Positions 28,934 to 37,042 of a stretch of DNA of 53,694 bases are shown in pieces. The stretch comes from a virus (taxonomy: Duplodnaviria > Caudoviricetes). Under the pieces are notes generated by a model. It had not been told where the DNA came from, ran no database searches, and saw only the letters and a list, made by a program, of their open reading frames with translations. The stretch is taken from the IMG/VR virus record IMGVR_UViG_3300026382_000022, positions 1 through 53,694 of that record. The stretch is one strand, 5' to 3'. The translations under genes were made by a program, and so were the position numbers. Every line of letters begins with the position of its first letter. Position 1 is the first letter of the stretch.

Positions 28934-29674
28934 ATGTTATATACCTCTTATATGGGTAATTTAAAAAATATTAAAGAAAAGAAAATAGCTATAATGCGTT
29001 TTTTACCAGATTGGAGTAAACCATATATAGACTCTAATTATATTAAATTAGCACCTAGTAAAGACTTATTAACAAAATATAAAGATAAAATAGTGAACTA
29101 TGAAGAATTTAAATTAAAATATTTAGAAGAAATTAAAGATATTGATATTAAAAAACTTTATAAGAAATTTAAAAATACTACATTGTTATGCACTTGTAAA
29201 CCTGGTATTGGTTGTCATAGACATATATTAGCAGAACACTTAATAAACAATGGTTATATGGTTAAAGAAAAAGATATAGATCGTGTACTTAAAAATATTA
29301 AAGTTAAAATATTTAAAAAGGTAACACCGAATACTGTAAATAAAAATAAAGATATCTATTTTCTATACACCGATAGTTTATTAAAAGAAAAGAAAAATCA
29401 TTTTAGAGATTTAGATAACACATTACCTATTACGATTAAAAGAAGTGATAAGAACGTGTATAACAGATTTTTAAATGATAGTGAGTATCATAGTAGTATT
29501 TTAGAGAAAGATGTCTATATGGTACTTCTAAAAGCCATACAGGGATATGTTATAGGTATATCTGAAGATTTCTTTAATACAGATTTAAAAGATCTAAGAG
29601 ATCATGCTCCATTATTATATATAATGGTGTATACAAGAATAAGAAATAAAATAGAAAATAAAAAAATATACTAG
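28934..29674 (+). CDS. DUF488-like protein with additional C-terminal domain
   Basis: YTSY, LAPS..LL and LLC.CKP...CHRHILAE.L motifs. Confidence 0.75.
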   Translation: MLYTSYMGNLKNIKEKKIAIMRFLPDWSKPYIDSNYIKLAPSKDLLTKYKDKIVNYEEFKLKYLEEIKDIDIKKLYKKFKNTTLLCTCKPGIGCHRHILAEHLINNGYMVKEKDIDRVLKNIKVKIFKKVTPNTVNKNKDIYFLYTDSLLKEKKNHFRDLDNTLPITIKRSDKNVYNRFLNDSEYHSSILEKDVYMVLLKAIQGYVIGISEDFFNTDLKDLRDHAPLLYIMVYTRIRNKIENKKIY

Positions 29675-29706
29675 ATAACTAACCAACTTATAAGTTGGTT
29701 AGTTAT
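29675..29706. terminator. Perfect 32-bp palindrome between convergent genes
   Basis: ATAACTAACCAACTTA|TAAGTTGGTTAGTTAT. Confidence 0.7.
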
Positions 29707-29708
29707 AC

Positions 29709-29960
29709 TTACAATGACTCAATGAGCTCATCAACTTTTTTATCATAGTATTTTTTAATTTCTTCTTTGGACATGTTTGTTAAATCAACATCATCAGTTG
29801 TAACTACACCACCATCTTTAGGTCCATATACAGTGTATTCTAGTTCATCATTAGAATTAATGAATATTTCAACTACACGATCTTTTAATTTAACTACTAA
29901 ATCATCATCGAGAACATCTACATCATTAACTTTTACTATTTCACTTTTTTCTACTTCCAT
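29709..29960 (-). CDS. Small acidic hypothetical protein
   Basis: 83-aa ORF with AAAGGA RBS. Confidence 0.6.
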   Translation of the reverse strand: MEVEKSEIVKVNDVDVLDDDLVVKLKDRVVEIFINSNDELEYTVYGPKDGGVVTTDDVDLTNMSKEEIKKYYDKKVDELIESL

Positions 29961-29987
29961 TTTATTTCCTTTATTAATATACTAGCC

Positions 29988-30015
29988 TACTCCATACCTT
30001 ATAAGGTATGAAGTA
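29988..30015 (-). terminator. Palindromic hairpin after the gp68-70-like operon
   Basis: TACTCCATACCTTA|TAAGGTATGAAGTA (one mismatch). Confidence 0.55.
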
Positions 30016-30033
30016 ATGCGCTATCTGTATGCA

Positions 30034-31446
30034 CTATCTAAATCTATTTATACCACTAGGTCTAACTTGTTGTGGTTGTTGCTGATACATAGGTTGTTGT
30101 TGATACATAGGTTGTTGTTGCATCATAGGTTGCTGCATCATAGGCTGTTGCATCATAGGTTGCTGCATCATAGGTTGTTGTTGCATCATAGGTTGTTGTC
30201 TATTAACACCCATTGGTTGCGCTTGTTGTACCTGTTGTTGATATACAGGTTGCACCATTTGTTGTGGTTGCATTTGTGGCATTTGTTGTTGCACTGGTTG
30301 CACAGGAACACCACCACCATATAATAGTTTTTGCTCTAATGTTAACTCAGGAGGCTGTACTGCTTGTTGTGGTTGTGCTGTTTGTTGTTGTACCACTTGT
30401 TGTTGTCCCACAGGAGCTTGTTGTGTTACAGTTTTAACATCTTTAGTCATAGCATTAGCTAATGCTTGGTTAGTATTAGCATTATTAGCTGTAGCTTTCA
30501 TACGGTTAATATCTAAGTCACTAGGGATAGTTAAAAGTTCTGAAGAGAATTTAGATAACTCATTAAGTTCTTTTTGTGCTATTTTAAGATTAAACTTATT
30601 TTCATCAACAGTTTTCTCATCCACAAATTTTAGTAACTTTAATAGCGTGTTGAATCTATTAGCTACTTTAAGGAATAATGTAAATAGTGCTATGAATCCA
30701 GGAGACTCATTGTCATTACTACCTACAGTGATAGTGTTGTTTTCATCCATATCTTTAAAAACATATTTATAAAGAACTTTGAACACTTTGATATCTTTAG
30801 GTCTTAATCTAAAACCAGAAATCTTAGTTTCTTTATCAGCTTCTTCTAACGCTTCTAATAACGGGAATGTTAGCACTGCTAATCTGTTATATTTAACTCC
30901 TTTATAGTTACCAGTCTTTTTAAGATACAGTTTAACTAGTTTAGGATTAACAGATGACTCAAACGATTTAGCATATAGTTTAACCCAAGTATCTATAGAT
31001 TTAGGATCTATAATTTCTTTAGTTCTACCATTATCAGCTACGGATAAGCTAGAGATAAATTTATTCAACTCTAGAGGAGTTTTAGTTTGTAGCTCTTTTT
31101 TCATACCTAGTTCTAAAAGAAGTTCACCTATAGCCGAAAATGCATGTGCTATTTTAGCTTCAACTATATCTTTAGTTTTCTTTAAAGAAACTGTATCTCC
31201 TTTAATAACATCCTCATTAAGAGGATTATATAAAACTTTAGTAGTTTTAAGTTCACCATTTTCATCTGGTTCATTAAGAGTATCGATGTGTTCTTTTAGT
31301 GGTAACACCATTGGTTTACCATTAACTGTGAATAGTACAGATTTACCATTACCTGGATCAATCTTTATATAACCTTCTTCATCATACTCAATACCTAGTG
31401 ATGTTAAAACATCTTTATAAAAATCTATTAAATTATTATGTTGCAT
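30034..31446 (-). CDS. Conserved phiKZ gp70-like protein with Gln/Pro/Met-rich C-terminal tail
   Basis: GK..VLP, NPL.ED and LKK.G...G.KY.R motifs; position between gp69-like gene and RNAP beta. Confidence 0.6.
   Translation of the reverse strand: MQHNNLIDFYKDVLTSLGIEYDEEGYIKIDPGNGKSVLFTVNGKPMVLPLKEHIDTLNEPDENGELKTTKVLYNPLNEDVIKGDTVSLKKTKDIVEAKIAHAFSAIGELLLELGMKKELQTKTPLELNKFISSLSVADNGRTKEIIDPKSIDTWVKLYAKSFESSVNPKLVKLYLKKTGNYKGVKYNRLAVLTFPLLEALEEADKETKISGFRLRPKDIKVFKVLYKYVFKDMDENNTITVGSNDNESPGFIALFTLFLKVANRFNTLLKLLKFVDEKTVDENKFNLKIAQKELNELSKFSSELLTIPSDLDINRMKATANNANTNQALANAMTKDVKTVTQQAPVGQQQVVQQQTAQPQQAVQPPELTLEQKLLYGGGVPVQPVQQQMPQMQPQQMVQPVYQQQVQQAQPMGVNRQQPMMQQQPMMQQPMMQQPMMQQPMMQQQPMYQQQPMYQQQPQQVRPSGINRFR
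30070..30200 (-). repeat. 15/18-bp tandem repeats encoding (Q)QQPMM / QQQPMY
   Basis: GCATCATAGG(T/C)TG recurring on the + strand. Confidence 0.9.
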
Positions 31447-31455
31447 TTCATTTCC

Positions 31456-32889
31456 TTATATCATTATTGTTTCATTACCAGCTGTTACATTAGTAACTGT
31501 ATCTAATACTAACCCCATATCATCAGACATTCTAGAGCTATTTATTTCATCAGAAATAACAGGCACATATAGACTATCTGAAAAAGTAGGATATCTAAAA
31601 ACCACAGGCGGATTTCCATTTAAACTAACACTAACAGTAGTATCTACCAGTAATGAACTTGTTACTAGTATATCTACTATTAATGAATTATTTCTTGTTA
31701 TCTCAGGCATGAGTATAGTATCTATAGTACTCATAACTTTATTAGCATAAACTGTTGTGTTGATACCCTCTATTAAAGATCTTACATCAATGATAGATGT
31801 AATAGTTGGACCAGTAATATTAGTACTACTAAAACTTATTTCTGTTAATAAATTACTTACCAACATGTCATTCACACTGTGCGCTATAGTCATAGCTATA
31901 GTAGATTCATAATTTGGTTTATAATTCACTTCTGTAATATCACTATCTAAGATAGTAGGTGTTGTGTTAACCATACCAGCGTTATTGTCGATAAGCAATA
32001 TTTTATTAGCTATATCAGGATCTAATTTAGATAACTGATTTAAGGTAAAAGATACTGGTGGTGTTAAACCTGTAATACTTCTTAAATGTGCTATGAATGG
32101 TATTGCTAATAAATTAGTTTCACTAGCAACTTCACTAGCAGCAATTAATAAATTTTCATTATCCATATACCCAACACTATTAGTATTTCTAGTGTTAATA
32201 TAACTATTTACTGTTTTAGTAAAATGTTTAACAGCACTATTATTACCTCTTGCTGAAGTAAACACACCTCCTGATAAATTATCAGAAAATATATTAACAT
32301 TAGGATCATCACCAAATGTATGGATGTGTCCAATATTAGCTATAACATCAGTTGGTCTTATTAGTTTTAAATTATCATCTTGTACTTCTTGATAATGTGC
32401 ATTATTAAAACTATCTTTTACTATATTAAAATTGCTGTGAGGTGTAGCAATTATAGCACCTGTAACAGGATCAACCATTCTTGTAACAGTAGCGATACTG
32501 TTTATATTGAAAATCATATTAGGATCAATATGACCACTTAATGATGGATCATGATATTCTGAATATCCTTGTATATAAGATACCATAGATAAACCATTAA
32601 CATTAGATTCTACTTCTAATATAAATGTTAATCTTTGTGTTTGCCATCCATTAGCTATAGTAGCTGTACCTATTGGTGTTGCTGATAATGACATTATTTC
32701 AGGTATATTATTTACAACTGAAACATCATGCAATTTACCATTAAGACCACCACCTGTTCTAGAAAGAATATTTTCTAGATTATTCATAGTCTCATGTGTG
32801 GCATTTAAATTATAACTTCTCACATACATATCGTTAAAACCTGACTTTCTTGTAGGTATCATAAATGCTTTATTTATTCTTAAACTCAT
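31456..32889 (-). CDS. Probable phage-nucleus protein import factor (PicA/Imp1, phiKZ gp69-like)
   Basis: 477 aa, immediately downstream of the gp68-like gene; NGW...R..F.L.V, YIQGY.EY and IRP.DV motifs recalled from gp69 homologs; mainly synteny. Confidence 0.6.
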   Translation of the reverse strand: MSLRINKAFMIPTRKSGFNDMYVRSYNLNATHETMNNLENILSRTGGGLNGKLHDVSVVNNIPEIMSLSATPIGTATIANGWQTQRLTFILEVESNVNGLSMVSYIQGYSEYHDPSLSGHIDPNMIFNINSIATVTRMVDPVTGAIIATPHSNFNIVKDSFNNAHYQEVQDDNLKLIRPTDVIANIGHIHTFGDDPNVNIFSDNLSGGVFTSARGNNSAVKHFTKTVNSYINTRNTNSVGYMDNENLLIAASEVASETNLLAIPFIAHLRSITGLTPPVSFTLNQLSKLDPDIANKILLIDNNAGMVNTTPTILDSDITEVNYKPNYESTIAMTIAHSVNDMLVSNLLTEISFSSTNITGPTITSIIDVRSLIEGINTTVYANKVMSTIDTILMPEITRNNSLIVDILVTSSLLVDTTVSVSLNGNPPVVFRYPTFSDSLYVPVISDEINSSRMSDDMGLVLDTVTNVTAGNETIMI

Positions 32890-34427
32890 ACTTTTCTCCT
32901 TTTTTCTATATAAATAACCATTTTAGTTATTAATGTTTTTAAATCAGCTGGTAACCCAGATCTAGATCCATCTACAACATTAACATACTTATCCCCGCAT
33001 ATATAATGCCAATCCTGACCATACATTTCATTTGTTAATTTAGTTATAGCCTCCTCAGCTTCATTAGCTGTAGTTGTTTTATTAATAACTCTTTCATACG
33101 GAAACCAATACTGTAACTCTTCTTTAAGTTCAATAGGTAACCTACTTCTATTGACAGTTATGTTAACTTGTAAAACACCATCATCAGTATTAGTATTTAC
33201 TACTGAACCTAATAATAATGCTAAATAATTATGGTTATTCATCCATAACCATGTAAACCCTACTCGCATGAGATTATAAATACTTTCTATATTTAGATAT
33301 TTAATACCTAATGGTGTTATAACATCTTTAAATATATAAGTTAGTAATATCTCTTGTTCTATAGAAATAGATCTATCTAAAAATATTTTACAGAACTCTG
33401 TAGCATCTTCAAATATCTCTTTATCAGGATTCAAATTAAGTAATTTGAATATATCATCAGTGTCTTCTAATGACCAATTTAATTCTATAGGTATATTAGG
33501 TGCTACTGATACTGTCATCCTGTAACTTTCTACTATAGATTCCTTTTCACCTATTTCCGCATCCATATAACCATCTTTAGCTCTAATACTATTAGATGTA
33601 TCACCTTTAACAGAAAGTTTATTATTGATAAAGGTATATATCATAGTTATGATATTTTTAGAACTAGTATCATTAACAATAGATGCTATAGAAACTTTTT
33701 GTAACATGATCGCAGCTAATATATAATCAGCAGTTTCTTCTTTAGGAATACGTTTTTCTATAATCCTAACAGCAGTTACTGTAGATTCTTTTAAAGCAAT
33801 GGAAACTAATTTTTCCGTAAATGCTTTTAACCTTAATGTAGGTGGTAATTTAGAAACAGGGTGACCATCTATAAAGTTATATAAGATATACTCTTTATGA
33901 GCACCATTTATTTCTGAATTTTTAAGATAACCATAATGTGCTATAGGTCCTATAACCGATTTAATTATGATAGTTAGCGCCACTAATTCTAAATATTCAG
34001 ATTTTAAATAAGTTTGTGCTCTAGTAAACTCTGAATCATTAGCATCATCACTATCAAATTTATCTGCTAGATTAGGTAAAGTTGGTACTTTTCTTATATT
34101 TATAACCCAGTTTAATATATCATTATAATCAAACATATCTAGTATCTCATATACTATAGATACTGGTAACGGATATACTTCTGGCATAGTGATCGTACCC
34201 ATTAGTCTATCATCAGCATTTAAATATGCTATCATAAGTTTATTCTTAAACTCTGGTCCTTTATAATCTATATACTCCTCTAAGAGAGTAAATTGATTTT
34301 CTGGATCTAACTCCACTTTATTTCTCTTATTTAAAAGAGAACTAAGATTAAACTCGACATCTTTCCCATTATGTTCAATAGCCATAATTAAATTACTTTT
34401 ATTGTACACATTCAATAGTTTAAACAT
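32886..34427 (-). CDS. Non-virion RNAP promoter-specificity (sigma-like) subunit, phiKZ gp68-like
   Basis: ~513 aa; TR.QTYL..EY..L and S..ESYR motifs; synteny; start MFKLL with AAAGGA RBS. Confidence 0.7.
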   Translation of the reverse strand: MFKLLNVYNKSNLIMAIEHNGKDVEFNLSSLLNKRNKVELDPENQFTLLEEYIDYKGPEFKNKLMIAYLNADDRLMGTITMPEVYPLPVSIVYEILDMFDYNDILNWVINIRKVPTLPNLADKFDSDDANDSEFTRAQTYLKSEYLELVALTIIIKSVIGPIAHYGYLKNSEINGAHKEYILYNFIDGHPVSKLPPTLRLKAFTEKLVSIALKESTVTAVRIIEKRIPKEETADYILAAIMLQKVSIASIVNDTSSKNIITMIYTFINNKLSVKGDTSNSIRAKDGYMDAEIGEKESIVESYRMTVSVAPNIPIELNWSLEDTDDIFKLLNLNPDKEIFEDATEFCKIFLDRSISIEQEILLTYIFKDVITPLGIKYLNIESIYNLMRVGFTWLWMNNHNYLALLLGSVVNTNTDDGVLQVNITVNRSRLPIELKEELQYWFPYERVINKTTTANEAEEAITKLTNEMYGQDWHYICGDKYVNVVDGSRSGLPADLKTLITKMVIYIEKRRKV

Positions 34428-34495
34428 ATGTATCCTTTCTATGTTAGTACTCTGCAGTTGCACTAACTTTTAGATATACGTAGTATATCTCTATA

Positions 34496-34517
34496 TTAGT
34501 AATATATGGTTATAATT
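34496..34517 (-). promoter_or_regulatory. Early promoter motif
   Basis: Minus strand AATTATAACCATATATTACTAA upstream of the gp68-like gene. Confidence 0.75.
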
Positions 34518-34532
34518 AACCCCAAAAACAAA

Positions 34533-34562
34533 ATTACACACAGAGAATATCCTGTGTGTAAT
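34533..34562 (-). terminator. Intrinsic terminator
   Basis: ATTACACACAG-8nt-CTGTGTGTAAT, then TTTGTTTTTG on the minus strand. Confidence 0.65.
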
Positions 34563-34572
34563 GTAGTTTAAT

Positions 34573-35229
34573 TTAGAAAAGATCGTCGTCGCTAACACTA
34601 CTAGTGTCAATAGATTTACTAGGTGCTTCATTTAGTGTTGGTGCTTTTCTCTCGATAGCTTTACTTTTAACAGTATCAGCAACCATATAATGACCCATAA
34701 GTCTTCTAGCTTGTGCGAAATAAGCTTTAGCATAAATTCTAGAAATAACTCCTTGATCTGTTACTAAGTCACCTTTAATATAATACTTATGCCATTTACC
34801 ATCATCTTTAGGTTTTATATCGAATCTAACTTTTTTCTTACCGTCAGAAAGCACACCCATATAGATAACACCATTATCATCTTGACCAACTTCAACTGTA
34901 GCTTGTAAGACTACTTCATTAGTTCTAGCACCATCTACAAATTTAGTATTATAACAAGCAATTTGTTTATTAATACCCTTTTCACCAGAAATAATTTCAT
35001 CTGCTATGTTGAATAATGTTTCCATTGTAGTATAGTCAAATGGTGCGATAATCATAGAGTTATAATCAAACTCTTTATTATCTCTAACTTTACTCTTATC
35101 TGTAAATACTACCAATCTAGGATAACCACTTCTGATACTCCACGTCAATTGAGCGTACTTTGCTTCGTCTAACGATTTGTTAATCGTTAATGAACTTAAA
35201 CTTACCATTTTGATATTGTCTGCTGCCAT
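34573..35229 (-). CDS. Conserved phiKZ-like core protein (gp67-like by synteny)
   Basis: 218 aa, PRLVV.T motif, acidic C-terminus DDDLF; upstream of gp68-like gene. Confidence 0.5.
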   Translation of the reverse strand: MAADNIKMVSLSSLTINKSLDEAKYAQLTWSIRSGYPRLVVFTDKSKVRDNKEFDYNSMIIAPFDYTTMETLFNIADEIISGEKGINKQIACYNTKFVDGARTNEVVLQATVEVGQDDNGVIYMGVLSDGKKKVRFDIKPKDDGKWHKYYIKGDLVTDQGVISRIYAKAYFAQARRLMGHYMVADTVKSKAIERKAPTLNEAPSKSIDTSSVSDDDLF

Positions 35230-35262
35230 ATTTTTTCCTTTTATTATGATGTATATTCTCTA

Positions 35263-36117
35263 TTAATATACTCGTTTATAATTTTTAACTAGAGGTTCTA
35301 GTATACTATTTTTATACATATCCTGTAATACCTTTAACCTGTTGGTATAACTACTCCATTTGTTTTCTACTGCTAAATTATGTAACTCCCTCCTTATAGT
35401 TAGTTTCATAGGTTTAGAAATAATTTTATCCCCTAATATATAAAGTAATTCTTCTATAAAAGGAAACACATCTAATGTTCTTTTTCCTAAAGGATGATAC
35501 TTAGTATTAAAAAACTTTTTATCTTTTAATCTACCTGTATGTGACTCTAGTAAATATAGATTAGGTACTTTAAAATAGTTTAATAAATCTACATAAATAT
35601 GTGTTGTTATTATAACTTTTTTACTAGTAGGAGTTAACTTATAACCATTAGCTAACACATCTAATTCTAAATTATATTTCTTTTTCTTAAGATGGTATAA
35701 TACATACTGCATAAGTATATAGTTTTCATCAGATATAACCACATCCTTATCTTTATTTAAACCTTTATAAACCTTATCATAATTTGGAATGAATAAAACA
35801 GGTTTACAAGTAAAACCATCATAAAGTGTAGCTATTTGATTAACTTCATCTATAACTAAATCTAAAAGAGTGCTATCTTTCATCAAGAACATTTTGATAT
35901 TCTTTCTTTCCTGGTAAGGAAATGATGCTAGATAGTTCCTAGTTAATGTAAATAAATTATAATAATGAATACTATATTTATTCAAATCTACTTTATTAGG
36001 AATCTCTCTAGACTCATCATATCTTTTACCATTAGGAACAAATAGGGATTCGAGCATGATGTCAGTACCTATACTGACACCAAACCCACCTATTACTCTG
36101 TTATCTAAATCTAACAT
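35263..36117 (-). CDS. Conserved phiKZ-like core protein (gp66-like; possible PIN/5'-nuclease-like fold)
   Basis: R..G.F.VSIGT...LE, N..TL.RN, TH..VDLL, LLESHTG and LGD motifs. Confidence 0.55.
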   Translation of the reverse strand: MLDLDNRVIGGFGVSIGTDIMLESLFVPNGKRYDESREIPNKVDLNKYSIHYYNLFTLTRNYLASFPYQERKNIKMFLMKDSTLLDLVIDEVNQIATLYDGFTCKPVLFIPNYDKVYKGLNKDKDVVISDENYILMQYVLYHLKKKKYNLELDVLANGYKLTPTSKKVIITTHIYVDLLNYFKVPNLYLLESHTGRLKDKKFFNTKYHPLGKRTLDVFPFIEELLYILGDKIISKPMKLTIRRELHNLAVENKWSSYTNRLKVLQDMYKNSILEPLVKNYKRVY

Positions 36118-36126
36118 ATCATATCC

Positions 36127-36297
36127 CTATTTATTAGTTAACTTCCTGTTAGAATATTTTTCACCAATACCTCTAAGTTCATCGGGAAGATTATTATCGT
36201 CCATATTAGGATATACGTCTTTACCATAAAGAAATTTATCTTCATAGTTATGAAATTTAAACAAACTTAAAATATAATTGTAAATATAATTAAGCAT
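36127..36297 (-). CDS. Small hypothetical protein (56 aa)
   Basis: Manual ORF MLNYIYNYILSLFKF...RKLTNK; overlaps the upstream stop and fills the gap; below track cutoff. Confidence 0.45.
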   Translation of the reverse strand: MLNYIYNYILSLFKFHNYEDKFLYGKDVYPNMDDNNLPDELRGIGEKYSNRKLTNK

Positions 36298-37042
36298 TTT
36301 TTAGTTCCTCTCTTTTAGCTTCTATTTTAGCAAGAACTTCTTCTTTATTTTCTGTTGTAGATAGAGATTTTTTAAGTTCTTTAATTTCTCTTTTAAGTTG
36401 TGCTTTTTTTAACATAGACTCACGCTCTTCCTCAGATTGTGTTTCTTTCCAATGTTTATCTTTTTCTTGCATTTCTAACACCTTAGCAAGTTGTTGGTCT
36501 GGATTAGATTTTAAATCTTTTCTACCATTTAATTTAGTTTCTCTAATATGTTTACCAATATCTCCTGTAAAGTTTTTAATTTTCTCAATATCAAAATCAT
36601 CACCTTCCGCAACCCATTCATCGTATAAAGGATGGTCAGTCATTTTAATATTTTTAACATTATTATCTATAGCATACATAACCATTTGATTATAGATACC
36701 AATAGCTGGTGGATTAAGTTTAAAACCAAATCTTTTAGATTTATCAGGAGTAAGACAACTTTCAGGATGATCATATTGTGTTACAAAATTATATTTAGAA
36801 AAACTAGCTATAGCTAGCTCTTCGCCATCTGGTTTAACATCATCTAATGATTTTTTAAATTCACTAACAACACCAGCATTACATTCTTGACACAACATAT
36901 TTATTTTCTTAGAGTCACCCTCACCCATCATCTCTTTTAACGTTAGATTAGGTAATTCATCATTAGTGATAACCATATCTTCATCAACACCAAATAATGC
37001 TTCTTCTAATTCTCTACATTTGTTACAAACATATACATTCAT
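36290..37042 (-). CDS. Hypothetical protein with CxxC...CxxC zinc motif and C-terminal coiled coil
   Basis: CNKC and CQEC; Glu/Lys-rich tail; coupled to topA. Confidence 0.6.
   Translation of the reverse strand: MNVYVCNKCRELEEALFGVDEDMVITNDELPNLTLKEMMGEGDSKKINMLCQECNAGVVSEFKKSLDDVKPDGEELAIASFSKYNFVTQYDHPESCLTPDKSKRFGFKLNPPAIGIYNQMVMYAIDNNVKNIKMTDHPLYDEWVAEGDDFDIEKIKNFTGDIGKHIRETKLNGRKDLKSNPDQQLAKVLEMQEKDKHWKETQSEEERESMLKKAQLKREIKELKKSLSTTENKEEVLAKIEAKREELKNA

Noticed and set aside
30016-30437. His/Leu-rich and Val-rich plus-strand ORFs (30016..30324, 30213..30437)
   Set aside because: Antisense shadows of the QQPMM repeats in 30034..31446; no RBS.
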